This document shows, piece by piece, positions 10,473 to 20,106 of a DNA stretch of 32,862 nucleotides (position 1 is its first letter; each line of letters opens with the position of its first letter). The stretch lies in NCBI GenBank assembly GCA_038243585.1, contig JBBSQY010000038.1, positions 1 to 32,862 of the forward strand. Direction: 5' to 3'. This DNA comes from Candidatus Sumerlaeales bacterium. GTDB taxonomy: Bacteria; Sumerlaeota; Sumerlaeia; Sumerlaeales; Sumerlaeaceae. Under the pieces are notes generated by a model. The model worked only from the letters and a program-made list of their open reading frames with translations, was not told the origin of the DNA and ran no database searches. Made by a program: the position numbers and the translations under genes.

Positions 10473-12178
10473 TTGCCTGCTTGTTCCTTTATCTGTTCGA
10501 GAAGCTGTGAGTTCAGATAGATTAGCATAACGGGTGCCATCTGTTCACTAGCGGGCGCGGTAATGGGGACAGGAAACAGGGTGGATGGCCAGGTATATCC
10601 GGGGGGGGTGATCCAGGCGGCCGGTCTGGAGACATCTGACAGGGGTGCGCGATCGGGAAACTGAAAGGGCATAAAGTGATATCGGCTGAGACCGCGGAGC
10701 GTATGTTGATATGAAGGACGATCCATCTTGAGATAAAACGGTGCCAAGTATTCGGCCCCGGTAATATTATGAAAAAACACTTCGCTGTTTTCGGTTGGTG
10801 GATCATTAAGGAATTGAAGAGACTGTTTAACACCGTACTGCCAGTTAATGGCTGACTGGCGGCTGTAGCTCCCGAAGTAGCTGATGAAAAATGGCAGCGC
10901 CCCAAGCAGTACAACCAGGGCGATTACCTGGTGAAACGCTTTCTGCTTTATGGGTGGGAAGTGGGTAGCCACGCCGGTAATTCCGACCGCCGCCAATATT
11001 TGCCATGCCGGCAGCGCCATCTGACTTCGCAGCGCATGGGGCACGCCGATGCGGGTGAGGCTGGCCGCTACGGGGGCGAGCAACATCCACAGCAGGATGA
11101 ACATGCCCCAACGGGATTTGTGCCGCAAGGTGATAATTGCACCGATTGCGGCAAAGAGGAGTTCGGCCATGTTAAGCATTCCGACACCGCTGGAATGACG
11201 GAGTTCCTGATCGCCGCGCAGGAGCAGGAACATGGGGGTAAAATGAGAAATATAGTTTTGAAAAACAGCCAAGGCTGCCTGTCCCATGGATGAGCCGGGC
11301 TGAAATACGCTCAGGTGGTTAAACCTCGCCTGCGCCGCTTCGCGCTCCGTTGCGAAGAGCCAGATTACCGGCGAGGCAAACAGCAGAAAGACAAGCATTG
11401 CAGCGCACACGGCTGGCCATCTCCGAACCCAGACGCGCCACCAAATTGCGAAGGCTGCGAGACCCAACAGCGGAGCGAAGAGCCGGGCCGGATCGTAAGC
11501 GTACATACCGATAGCCACGCACGCGGCAGCAAATAGTAAGCCGAAAGTTCTACCCCACTTTGCTACGGCTGGTCCAACTTGTGGGTTGTTGTCGAATTGT
11601 TGTTCGCGATTCTCAGGTTGTGATTTTAGAAATCCCGCCACGCCCCACGCAGCCATCACAAAGAGCAGCGGCAGAAACGCCCCCTGCTGCGCCCAGCGGC
11701 TCAGTGGCACGTGCCACGGACTAATGGCGAGCATCCCGGCCGCCCACGCAGCGGTTTGCCAACCCCATACCCGTTTGCATAGCAGCCAGGTAAAAAGCAC
11801 CGTGGTTACCCCGGCGAGAGCTGCAGGCAACCGCGCCGTCCATTCGTTCAGGCCACCGACAGCTAAAAAAGGGATGGTCGCGTACTGATAAATCGCTGAC
11901 GTCGTTACGTCAAAAACTTCTACAAAAACGGGCCACGGCCTTCCGGCCGCGTCCACGCCGTGATTAAGCAGGAACCAGCCATTTAGAGCTTTTTCCGCTT
12001 CATCGCGAAACATGGCGGGGGGCAGATTGCCTAACCTCCAACACCGCACTGCCGCCGCGCCAATAAGAATAATCAACAGAAGCCACCATGGCCCCGGCTT
12101 CACCGTTTTTACAGGTGTCAGGTTATGGCCAGTTATGGGTGCTTGATAATTTGTCGCTTGTAATTCTTCGTCGGTCAC
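10469..12178 (-). CDS. GT-C fold membrane glycosyltransferase (ArnT/PMT-like)
   Basis: PPAMFRDEA acidic motif after TM1, ARLPAALAG, PWHVPLSR; many TM helices. Confidence 0.82.
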   Translation of the reverse strand: MTDEELQATNYQAPITGHNLTPVKTVKPGPWWLLLIILIGAAAVRCWRLGNLPPAMFRDEAEKALNGWFLLNHGVDAAGRPWPVFVEVFDVTTSAIYQYATIPFLAVGGLNEWTARLPAALAGVTTVLFTWLLCKRVWGWQTAAWAAGMLAISPWHVPLSRWAQQGAFLPLLFVMAAWGVAGFLKSQPENREQQFDNNPQVGPAVAKWGRTFGLLFAAACVAIGMYAYDPARLFAPLLGLAAFAIWWRVWVRRWPAVCAAMLVFLLFASPVIWLFATEREAAQARFNHLSVFQPGSSMGQAALAVFQNYISHFTPMFLLLRGDQELRHSSGVGMLNMAELLFAAIGAIITLRHKSRWGMFILLWMLLAPVAASLTRIGVPHALRSQMALPAWQILAAVGITGVATHFPPIKQKAFHQVIALVVLLGALPFFISYFGSYSRQSAINWQYGVKQSLQFLNDPPTENSEVFFHNITGAEYLAPFYLKMDRPSYQHTLRGLSRYHFMPFQFPDRAPLSDVSRPAAWITPPGYTWPSTLFPVPITAPASEQMAPVMLIYLNSQLLEQIKEQAGK

Positions 12179-14190
12179 TTCGGCAGCCTTGATAGCAGCG
12201 CCTTATAGAACTCTGCCATCTCTGGCCGACGATTTAAACACACCAGCCAATGCTCTCGTGCGGTTTTGTAGTTCCCTGAAAAGAAGGCGGCGGCGCCCAT
12301 GCGTTCATGAATCTCATAAGCTTCGAGAGTGCGCAGCGTTCGTCTGGACGCCTCGACACAGGCACCGAAGTCGCCCTGGAACAACATTATCTGCGCCAAG
12401 CGACTTGCTGCGTTGGCGTACCAACGATCTGCATCCTGAGACTTCTGGAAAAGCCGGCGAGCGTCGTCCATAGCTGGACTGTTGGCCAGAGCCGACATCT
12501 GCTCCAGCCCGCCCCGCCAAGTCTCTTCGGGTGCGCCGGCGGCGATAGCCTGAAGCGTCTGCCGATAAATCTGATCGCATACATTCCAGACCGAAGCCAT
12601 CTGCGAGCCCACATTTACCGTTACTGACTCCGCGGCATTACGTCCAGATTTCAGGTAAAACTCGGCCACCACCCGGTGTCCATGGTGCCATACGCAAGCA
12701 GCCAGGGTAAGTAATATACCCATGCCGCCGGCGCGAAGACTACGTCTGTATTTTTGGTCTTCCGCGATAGTAAATTTAACGACAGCGGAAGCGGCTGCCG
12801 CCCGCGTGGCCTGCAAACGCAGCAGAATCCCGGGCACAGATAAAAAGAAAACCGCCATGGTAAAGTGAGCCGGCAACCGCATCGGGAAAGACATTAAGCC
12901 ATCCAGGGCAAAAACCGTCATTCCCGCACCCGCACCTATTAAAGCGATAGCGCTGTCGTCGTCTTGAATGCGTCGTAACATCCGGCTGATGGTTACGGTA
13001 AATGTAGATAAGATGGCGACCCAGCAGGCCAGAGACACTACTCCCCCTTCGGCCCAGAGCTGAAGGTAATCATTATGTGCGTCGTTGGTGAAGGCCCCGG
13101 AGTATGGCTGTAACACGGGGTCGCTTATCACTGACGGTACGACCTGTTTGGTGTAACTATAAGTAAAATTCCCCGAGCCTGTTCCGACCATCGGATTTTG
13201 CTGTATGATTTGCATGGTGGTTTTCCAGATGACCACTCGGGTGGGCCAACCGGCTTCCCACCGCTCGCTGCCAAAAGCCTGTTTCAACAACGACGGTTTG
13301 TGAGGGTTTGCCGAGTTAGGTATGAAATAGAAAGCGATTACGATGAATCCGACGGCGACAACACCAACCAGTCTCCCCCACCGAAACAAACCAGTCGTTG
13401 TGCACCGCCAGGCTACAACCGCCCAGATCAATAAACTTAAAATTGTCGCTCCTGCGGAGCCAACGGACCAGGTCACGGTCATTGCCGCAAACATGATAGC
13501 AATTACCGGTAGTAGTAGAAGCGGCTTTAGTTGTCGGTTTTCGCTACCATTTCCGCGGAGGTAATTCATCAATACCCATGGCAAAAACATGCCGACCATT
13601 CCGGCGATGTGGCCGCTATTACCCAGCCCGGCGGCCAGATATCCGCGCCAGTCCGGGAGACGGGCCACGAGGGATCCGGCACCTCCGGTGAAGTCGTCCA
13701 TCAGCACCCAGGCGGCGGTGAAGGCCGCACCTGCGGCTCCAGCGTTAAATAACCCTCGTAGGGCAACCACAGACCTGGGGCCGCGATAAAACAACCAGCC
13801 CAGCACCGCGAATGTCGCAAAGTATACGGTGCCGTCGACGCCGAGGGGTTTTGATTCTGCCCACAATACGCTTACCGCCTGCCACACGGCCAAACCTACG
13901 AGCAGCCACGGAGCAGGATACCATCGCAGCTTCATACGAAAAGACTGTGGCCGGGCCAGCAATCCGATGGCCGTGAGCACAGCCAGCACCATGGCGAACG
14001 CCAGTTTCGGGGTATTGAATGAATCTTCGAGAACGCGAGTGCGGTACAGCGGCATCAAAAGTAACGTGATGGCCAGCAGAACGGAAGGCACATCAGCACG
14101 AAGCGCCTGCCATGGGGATTGAACTGGCTCTACCAGGCCTGCGGTACCAGATCGCTTCATGTTTAACCCATCTTCAGCCATCTCTATCAT
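12175..14190 (-). CDS. O-antigen ligase / O-oligosaccharyltransferase-like membrane protein with helical (TPR-like) C-terminus
   Basis: RVVIW...GTGSGNF...AHNDYLQLWAEGG Wzy_C motif and FPMRLP; multiple TM segments. Confidence 0.85.
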   Translation of the reverse strand: MIEMAEDGLNMKRSGTAGLVEPVQSPWQALRADVPSVLLAITLLLMPLYRTRVLEDSFNTPKLAFAMVLAVLTAIGLLARPQSFRMKLRWYPAPWLLVGLAVWQAVSVLWAESKPLGVDGTVYFATFAVLGWLFYRGPRSVVALRGLFNAGAAGAAFTAAWVLMDDFTGGAGSLVARLPDWRGYLAAGLGNSGHIAGMVGMFLPWVLMNYLRGNGSENRQLKPLLLLPVIAIMFAAMTVTWSVGSAGATILSLLIWAVVAWRCTTTGLFRWGRLVGVVAVGFIVIAFYFIPNSANPHKPSLLKQAFGSERWEAGWPTRVVIWKTTMQIIQQNPMVGTGSGNFTYSYTKQVVPSVISDPVLQPYSGAFTNDAHNDYLQLWAEGGVVSLACWVAILSTFTVTISRMLRRIQDDDSAIALIGAGAGMTVFALDGLMSFPMRLPAHFTMAVFFLSVPGILLRLQATRAAAASAVVKFTIAEDQKYRRSLRAGGMGILLTLAACVWHHGHRVVAEFYLKSGRNAAESVTVNVGSQMASVWNVCDQIYRQTLQAIAAGAPEETWRGGLEQMSALANSPAMDDARRLFQKSQDADRWYANAASRLAQIMLFQGDFGACVEASRRTLRTLEAYEIHERMGAAAFFSGNYKTAREHWLVCLNRRPEMAEFYKALLSRLPK

Positions 14191-14431
14191 AAAGGAAAAC
14201 CAGGCTCATTTAGCGAAACTGGTGCAAGCGTAATCCTTAATTATTGGCTTTAGTGAGGCTTAGTCTGCACTTAAAAGCGAAAAGCGGTTTACTAACCTAA
14301 CATTTACTTAGCTGCTTTAGTGACTCGTGCAAATTACCATTTTTTTTATTTTTACTATTGCCAGTACGATTGCCAAGGTAACGTGTTTGTGCTTCACCTT
14401 ACCAGGTAATTTTTTCAGGGAATCAACCTCT

Positions 14432-15130
14432 ATGCGCAATCCCCGTTTTCCGTTTGTTTTTTACGCTGCAGGGCTCGCTTTGCTTGCCCTGTTGTGGGGG
14501 TTGTCCCAAGCCTTTTACATCCCCATTCGTGAGTTGACCACTGATCCGGCGCAGATCCATAAAAGTCCTTTTTACCATGGATTTTTATCCAACCTCACGG
14601 TAATCACCTGGGCGCTCGGCGCATATGTAGCCTTGTTTGCCGCGTGGTTTGCGGGGCAATGGGATAAAAACGGGGAGTGGGCGCGGTTTTTTCTAAAGGC
14701 TGGTGTTTTTACGCTCATCCTTATGCTAGACGATCTTTTTATGTTTCATGAGGCTGTGTTTCCCAAATACGCCATGTTGTCTTCAGTGACGGGGATAGAG
14801 CCAAATGAAAAGTTTGTCATTGGCGGTTACGGGTTGTTCGCGATGTGGTTTGTATATAGCAGCAGGTCCACACTGCGGAAAACAGCTTGGCCACAGCTGT
14901 TGGTAGCGTGCGGAATACTTGCATTTGGAGTGCTTGCGGACCGGGGTATCGCTAAAAAAGTGTTTACCGATAGCGCCACGAGGGCTTTTGTAGAGGATGC
15001 CGCGAAATTCCTTGGGGTGCTGGGGTGGAGTTTGTATTTTGTGGGAACCGCAAAAGCCGTGGCGGGTAACCTGATGCAGAATGGTAGCACAGACATGAGC
15101 ACTAATGTTGCTCGAGAAGCCGATCGATAA
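14432..15130 (+). CDS. Uncharacterised multi-pass membrane protein (ATG 14432 preferred to GTG 14327)
   Basis: About 7 hydrophobic segments; polar intramembrane motifs LDDLFMFHE and EDAAKFLG. Confidence 0.75.
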   Translation: MRNPRFPFVFYAAGLALLALLWGLSQAFYIPIRELTTDPAQIHKSPFYHGFLSNLTVITWALGAYVALFAAWFAGQWDKNGEWARFFLKAGVFTLILMLDDLFMFHEAVFPKYAMLSSVTGIEPNEKFVIGGYGLFAMWFVYSSRSTLRKTAWPQLLVACGILAFGVLADRGIAKKVFTDSATRAFVEDAAKFLGVLGWSLYFVGTAKAVAGNLMQNGSTDMSTNVAREADR

Positions 15131-15168
15131 GCTCGGCTCCCCAAGCAGTTTATTAGATTTAAAGCTAA

Positions 15169-16557
15169 CTACAGCTTCTCCGTGCCATCTTCCGGATCAC
15201 AGATGCGTTGGGTCCTGGCAGTTAATCCCATGGCTCTGAATTCGTCGTAGACCTTGCTCAGCATTTTGACCTTAGCGCGGTAGGGCAGAAACGAGCTTTT
15301 GAATCCGAAAATGATCAGATCGATCAGTTCGTCCATCTCGAAACCGAGGTGGGTGTGGGCGCGTAGCAGCTCTTTTGACACGGTCGTGTCGCTCATCAGG
15401 CGGTTGTCTGTGTTGAGGGTGGTCCTCAGTCCGTAATCATAATAGAAACGGAGCGGATGTTCGCCGAAGGACTTTGTGGCGCGGGTTTGTACGTTCGAGG
15501 TCAGACAAATTTCCAGAGGGATGCGGTGGTCGTTCACATAGTTCAGCAAATCGCCGTCTTCTTTTAGACGCGTGCCATGGCCGATGCGGTGGGCTCCGCA
15601 GTAATGCAGAGCCTGATGAATGGACTCAGGGCCGTAGCTTTCTCCAGCGTGAAGGGTGCAGTTGATGTTGTTTCGCAGAATCAGAAAAAACGCCTCACGG
15701 TGATTTTTCGCAGGATGATCGGTTTCTGCGCCGGCCAGGTCAAAGGCGACGACTCCCCTGTTTTTATAGGCAACGGCAAGTTCTGCCAGTTGATAACTGA
15801 CCTCCGGGTTGATGTTGCGCATTCCGCAGATGATTACGCCAGTCACAACGCCGAACTCGCGTTCGCCCCGGCTTAGACCGTCGTTTACCGCGTCCACGAT
15901 TCGGCTCAAGCGCAGGCCCTTTCGCGTGTGCAATATGGGAGAATAACGAACTTCAAGGTATCGGATGTTTTCGTCGGCAGCGTCTGCCACAAGTTCGTAA
16001 GCAATGCGCTCCAGGCTTTTTTCATCCTGCATAACCGAGAGGGTAATTTCGAAAGCTTTAAGGTATTGTTCGAGGCTGCGGCAGTCTTCTCCGACTACCA
16101 GCAGTTTGCGCAGGGCGTCCGGATCCGAGGCGGGCAGGCGAACCTTCTGCTGTTCCGCCAGCTCAAGAATGGTCTCGATTCGAAGTGAGCCGTCAAGGTG
16201 GCAATGGAGTTCGACTTTTGGTAACTGGCGCAGGAATTCTTCGGTGATTGTTGGAGCGTCGGTGTTATCGTCGGCGCTTTCGTCAAAATCGACATCGGTT
16301 TCTAGCGCATCCGCTCCGTCCGCATCCGGAACGTCTAGCTCCTGCAGAAGGATATCATCTGAGTCGCCGTTTTCTTTGTCATCCGCTTCCGAAGCGGCAT
16401 CGTCACCGTTAGTGCTGGCCGAGAATTCATCTTGAAACGCGTCGTCTTCGGGGAAATCTTCCACTGGAGGCAGTTCAAAATCGTTGCTATTTACCTTGTC
16501 GCCCCTAGCCGGCATACGGCCACTTCCAGCGTCGGACTTGTTTTTCCACTTGGCCAT
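15169..16557 (-). CDS. add: Adenosine deaminase with ~100-aa acidic N-terminal extension
   Basis: LPKVELHCHLDG, FDLAGAE, TLHAGE, RIGHG, EICLTSN and NTDNRLMS; ATG 16557 has an upstream GGAG SD, so it is preferred to 16632. Confidence 0.92.
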   Translation of the reverse strand: MAKWKNKSDAGSGRMPARGDKVNSNDFELPPVEDFPEDDAFQDEFSASTNGDDAASEADDKENGDSDDILLQELDVPDADGADALETDVDFDESADDNTDAPTITEEFLRQLPKVELHCHLDGSLRIETILELAEQQKVRLPASDPDALRKLLVVGEDCRSLEQYLKAFEITLSVMQDEKSLERIAYELVADAADENIRYLEVRYSPILHTRKGLRLSRIVDAVNDGLSRGEREFGVVTGVIICGMRNINPEVSYQLAELAVAYKNRGVVAFDLAGAETDHPAKNHREAFFLILRNNINCTLHAGESYGPESIHQALHYCGAHRIGHGTRLKEDGDLLNYVNDHRIPLEICLTSNVQTRATKSFGEHPLRFYYDYGLRTTLNTDNRLMSDTTVSKELLRAHTHLGFEMDELIDLIIFGFKSSFLPYRAKVKMLSKVYDEFRAMGLTARTQRICDPEDGTEKL

Positions 16558-16633
16558 GACTTCAGTGTCTCCATTAAAGAAATGAGGTATTGTCAGAAAA
16601 CTGAGCAATCCGCAATGTTTGAATGTTTGCACG

Positions 16634-16648
16634 GCAAAGATCAGGCCT
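16634..16648 (-). promoter_or_regulatory. Candidate sigma54 -24/-12 promoter for add
   Basis: Minus strand AGGCCTGATCTTTGC = GG-N10-GC with TTGC, in the marR-add spacer. Confidence 0.35.
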
Positions 16649-16662
16649 GTATGAAAATTGGG

Positions 16663-17214
16663 TCAGACAAGCTCCCTGGTAGTCTCTTCAACGGTAGAAA
16701 CATTCTCGAGAATCGATTCGTTCCGGATAGTATGTCTAAGTTTGGACAGACCTTTAACCATCACTGAGTACTCGTCATCGTCTATGTCCGTGCCTAGTTC
16801 GGCATTAAACTTATAGTATTGCGGCATTATCGTCTGAATCAACTCAGAGCCTTTTGTGGTGAGCACCGCCAGCCGCACGCGCCGATCAGTCGGGCTCTGG
16901 CTTCTTTCGACAAAGCCTTTTCGGGCAAGTACGTCGACAAGGCCAGTAACGTTTGCCCGGCTGACGGCCAGTAGGTCGCTGATACGACTCAGGTGCATTC
17001 CCTGACCATCTGTACGTGCAAGTATTACCATCAGGTTAAACGCCGACGGGAAGAGATCCCATTTCGACAGGAAGTTTGCCATGCGGGTTTCTACCGCAGA
17101 ATACGTAAGCACAACGTTTAGAACGGTGTTGTACACTTTCCAGTCGATAATCTGGCTGTCGCGTTCGTAGTCGGGTACAAACCCGAAATAATACTCTTCT
17201 TTTATATCTGCCAT
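16663..17214 (-). CDS. MarR-family transcriptional regulator (ATG 17214 or TTG 17253 start)
   Basis: wHTH VSRANVTGLVDVLARKGFVER and DRRV...LT.KG motif. Confidence 0.9.
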   Translation of the reverse strand: MADIKEEYYFGFVPDYERDSQIIDWKVYNTVLNVVLTYSAVETRMANFLSKWDLFPSAFNLMVILARTDGQGMHLSRISDLLAVSRANVTGLVDVLARKGFVERSQSPTDRRVRLAVLTTKGSELIQTIMPQYYKFNAELGTDIDDDEYSVMVKGLSKLRHTIRNESILENVSTVEETTRELV

Positions 17215-17326
17215 GGTGGTAGCGCTTATGAGTGGGTTAATTTCGTAAGACAATTAAAAAATAAGGGTTTTTTGAAGTGAAGAAGTAATGGGGGTTCGTG
17301 GGCGGAGGGTGTGTGTGACGGACAAT

Positions 17327-17426
17327 GGATTACACAGGCGTGACGCCTATGCTACTTCAAGTTTTACAGGCGTAACGCGATATGTTGCGATCGGGATTAC
17401 ACAGGCGGGACGCCTATGCTACTTCA
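17327..17426 (-). repeat. Tandem GTAG-type REP-like elements, copies 2 and 3 plus a degenerate partial copy
   Basis: GGATTACACAGGCG[T/G]GACGCCTATGCTACTTCA at 17327-17359 and 17394-17426; partial TACAGGCGTAACGC at about 17365-17378. Confidence 0.88.
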
Positions 17427-18027
17427 GATTTGCAAAGTTTCTTAGGATTCTCAAGCCGACGGTCTGGCTTTTTTCGGGGTGGAATTGTACGCCACTGACG
17501 GATCCGCGTTCTACGGCGGAGACGAAATCCATTCCGTATGAGGTTGTGGCTGCGGTCACCGCGGGTTCTGTGGGCGCGACATAGTAACTATGTACAAAAT
17601 AGACATACGGATTTTCGCCAAGGCCGGCCAGGAGCTGGCTCTGGGGAGACACTTTTAGCGTGTTCCAACCCATGTGAGGCACTTTTAGTCCGAGATCCCG
17701 AGGGAACCGCGTTACGACACCGGAAAAGATCCCGAGGCCGGATATATCCGAGTCTTCCTCGCTTTTGTCAAAAAAAAGCTGCATTCCCAGACAGATTCCC
17801 AGCATGGGTCGGCCAGTGTTCGCGTAATCGCGGAGGGCCGGCACCATACGTTGGGCATTAAGGTGTTCCATGGCGTCGCCAAAGGCCCCCACTCCGGGCA
17901 GCACTAATTTTTCCGCCGTCGCCACTTCTTCGGGGGTGGTTATAAGTTTTGTTTCGGTCCCGGTGCTAGCCAAAGCTTTCATCACGCTCTGGAGGTTTCC
18001 CATGCCATAATCGACTATGCTGATCAT
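17419..18027 (-). CDS. hisH: Imidazole glycerol phosphate synthase glutaminase subunit
   Basis: DYGMGNL, LPGVGAF, GICLGMQ, VPHMGWN, YFVHSY and QFHPEKS motifs. Confidence 0.96.
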   Translation of the reverse strand: MISIVDYGMGNLQSVMKALASTGTETKLITTPEEVATAEKLVLPGVGAFGDAMEHLNAQRMVPALRDYANTGRPMLGICLGMQLFFDKSEEDSDISGLGIFSGVVTRFPRDLGLKVPHMGWNTLKVSPQSQLLAGLGENPYVYFVHSYYVAPTEPAVTAATTSYGMDFVSAVERGSVSGVQFHPEKSQTVGLRILRNFANLK

Positions 18028-18168
18028 GGGCCATTTTACCGAAAGAATTCCGCGTTTATTTTACGCTCCTGAATAATCAATACCGTTCGGCAATTGTCGC
18101 AGTTAGAGGCTCGAGAGACACATGCTCGGGTCGCTTCTCATTTCAGTTTGAACAGGATCAGTTCTACA

Positions 18169-19365
18169 GTGGCGAAGATATCGGCTCGCGTTGACGGGCT
18201 TTCGGAATCAGTAACTCTGGCCATAGACGCCAAGGCGAAGGCCATGATGGCCGACGGCATAGACGTGGTTAATTTTGCCGCGGGCGAGCCGGACTTTGAT
18301 ACACCGACCCAGGTTAAGGAAGCCTGTAAGACGGCACTGGATGAGGGCAAGACTAAATATGTGGCCAGCGGCGGATTGCCGCAACTGAAAGATGCCATCA
18401 TTGAAAAACTGCAGCAAGATAATGGCCTTACTTACAAGCCAGGCCAAATCTTGGTGTCGGTCGGCGCAAAGCATTCTCTGTTTAATGTGATTATGACCAT
18501 TGTGGATCGCGGTGATGAAGTCATTATTCCAGCGCCGTACTGGGTCAGCTATTATGATATGGTTCGGGCCGCAGAAGGTACTCCGGTAATAGTGGAGGCC
18601 ACAGCGGAGGCCGGATTCAAAATGACGCCAGATCAGCTGGAAGCGGCAATTACTCCACGGACGGTCGCTGTGTTTATTAACAGCCCAAGCAATCCGACCG
18701 GAGCGGTTTACAGTGAGGCTGAGCTGCGCGAGCTGGCCGAGGTGATCGTTCGCAAAGACATTATCTGCATCAGCGATGAAATCTATGAAAAGCTTGTGTA
18801 TGGCGGAACGAAAGCTTTCAGCATTGGGTCGGCCAATGATGAGATTGCTGCGCGCACTTTGACTGTGAACGGTTTTAGCAAAGCTTTTAGTATGACGGGC
18901 TGGCGGTTGGGCTATACGGCGGGGCCGGCGGATATTATTTCGGCCATGAGCAAGCTTCAGAGCCACAGCACCAGCAATGCCACGACGTTCGCACAGTGGG
19001 GCGCAATCGAGGCGCTGAAGAACACCAGCGAGGATGTGGAGCGGATGCGCCTGGCGTTCGACGAGCGCCGAGGGTATCTCGTGGGCGCTCTTAATGCTCT
19101 GCCTAATGTTAAATGCAATATGCCGGATGGAGCATTTTACGCGTTTCCAGACTTCAGTGCGTGGCACGGTAAATCGTTTAACGGCGAACCTATTAAGGAC
19201 AGCATGAGCCTGGCTAAGTATATCCTGACAGAAGGGCGCGTCAGCATCGTTCCCGGCGTAGCATTTGGCGCGGAGAAACATCAGCGTTTCAGCTATGCCA
19301 CGTCCATGGAAAAGCTGAAAAAGGGTGTTGAACGCATAGCAGAGGCATTGACTAAACTTAATTAA
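18169..19365 (+). CDS. aspC: PLP-dependent class I aminotransferase (aspartate aminotransferase-like; GTG 18169 preferred)
   Basis: GEPDFDTP, NSPSNPTG, SDEIYE, SKAFSMTGWRLG (PLP lysine). Confidence 0.9.
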   Translation: MAKISARVDGLSESVTLAIDAKAKAMMADGIDVVNFAAGEPDFDTPTQVKEACKTALDEGKTKYVASGGLPQLKDAIIEKLQQDNGLTYKPGQILVSVGAKHSLFNVIMTIVDRGDEVIIPAPYWVSYYDMVRAAEGTPVIVEATAEAGFKMTPDQLEAAITPRTVAVFINSPSNPTGAVYSEAELRELAEVIVRKDIICISDEIYEKLVYGGTKAFSIGSANDEIAARTLTVNGFSKAFSMTGWRLGYTAGPADIISAMSKLQSHSTSNATTFAQWGAIEALKNTSEDVERMRLAFDERRGYLVGALNALPNVKCNMPDGAFYAFPDFSAWHGKSFNGEPIKDSMSLAKYILTEGRVSIVPGVAFGAEKHQRFSYATSMEKLKKGVERIAEALTKLN

Positions 19366-19392
19366 ATCAGCGATTATAGCTACGAAATCTAA

Positions 19393-20085
19393 TCAGGGAC
19401 CAAGCGGATTTCGGTACGCGCTTTTTCCTAGTTCTCGGATTTTATTGAGCATTATGTCACAGGCTGTCTTATAAAAGTCTTTTTGCCGCATTGATAACAC
19501 GTCTCTGTGGTCAAAGCGAAATGGTTTTCCTATGCGTACAGTGATCTTGCGTGGGCAGATGCGTTTTGCGCCTGGTGGCATAGCCTCTCCGCTACCTGCG
19601 ATATAGACAGGCACGATTGGAACATCTGTCTGGGCGGCAAACAGCGCTGCACCAGGCTTTAGATCAAGTAACTCTCCTGTTGTAGTTCGCTGGCCCTCAG
19701 GGAAAACTAACAGGACATGACCCTGCATTAATATTTCCCGGCATTGCCTTAACGCTTTTCGGTCAACGCCGGAGCGTTTAAGAGGGTTAGCGTTCAAGCG
19801 GCGAAGGAATTTGCCTAGTAACCCGCGGAATAATTCTTCCTTGGCAAGGAAATGCACCTGGCGGTTTAATCCACACGCCACGGTAGTGGGGTCTAGATTG
19901 CTTGCGTGGTTGGCGACCAGCAGCACTCCCCCTTTGGCCGGGAGGTTTTCTATTCCGACAACTTCCAACCTGAAGTACAACTTGCTCAAGATCAAAAGCA
20001 GGACTCGCATCAGATGGTAAAACGGGTTGTAACCCGGAATTGATGGCGCTGTATTCGGATCCATTGCCGGCTGATTTTGTATCAA
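19393..20085 (-). CDS. plsC: 1-acyl-sn-glycerol-3-phosphate (lysophospholipid) acyltransferase
   Basis: NHASNLD (HX4D), FLAKEELF, FPEGQR; follows cmk, a common arrangement. Confidence 0.88.
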   Translation of the reverse strand: MIQNQPAMDPNTAPSIPGYNPFYHLMRVLLLILSKLYFRLEVVGIENLPAKGGVLLVANHASNLDPTTVACGLNRQVHFLAKEELFRGLLGKFLRRLNANPLKRSGVDRKALRQCREILMQGHVLLVFPEGQRTTTGELLDLKPGAALFAAQTDVPIVPVYIAGSGEAMPPGAKRICPRKITVRIGKPFRFDHRDVLSMRQKDFYKTACDIMLNKIRELGKSAYRNPLGP

Positions 20086-20106
20086 AAATTCAGGCCGGGG
20101 CTGGCC

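Noticed and set aside
15169..16557. Adenosine deaminase as part of a RADAR-type anti-phage system
   Set aside because: No adjacent RdrA-like ATPase; the catalytic domain looks like ordinary Add in a housekeeping context.
17327..17426. Two 33-nt direct repeats separated by 34 nt, resembling a mini CRISPR array
   Set aside because: Only two units; the spacer contains a degenerate copy of the repeat; solitary copies occur at 9765 and 24811; one repeat overlaps the hisH stop; no cas genes. A REP-like element explains it better.
17288..17584. Short ORFs sharing the peptide GLHR.DAYATS (also 9753-10034)
   Set aside because: The shared peptide is simply the translation of the REP-like repeat, and both ORFs run antisense into real genes.
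18208..19281. 357-aa antisense ORF
   Set aside because: Lies entirely opposite the well-conserved aminotransferase and has no recognisable motifs; a codon-bias shadow, like the many short ORFs opposite the RND, RecQ and glycosyltransferase genes.
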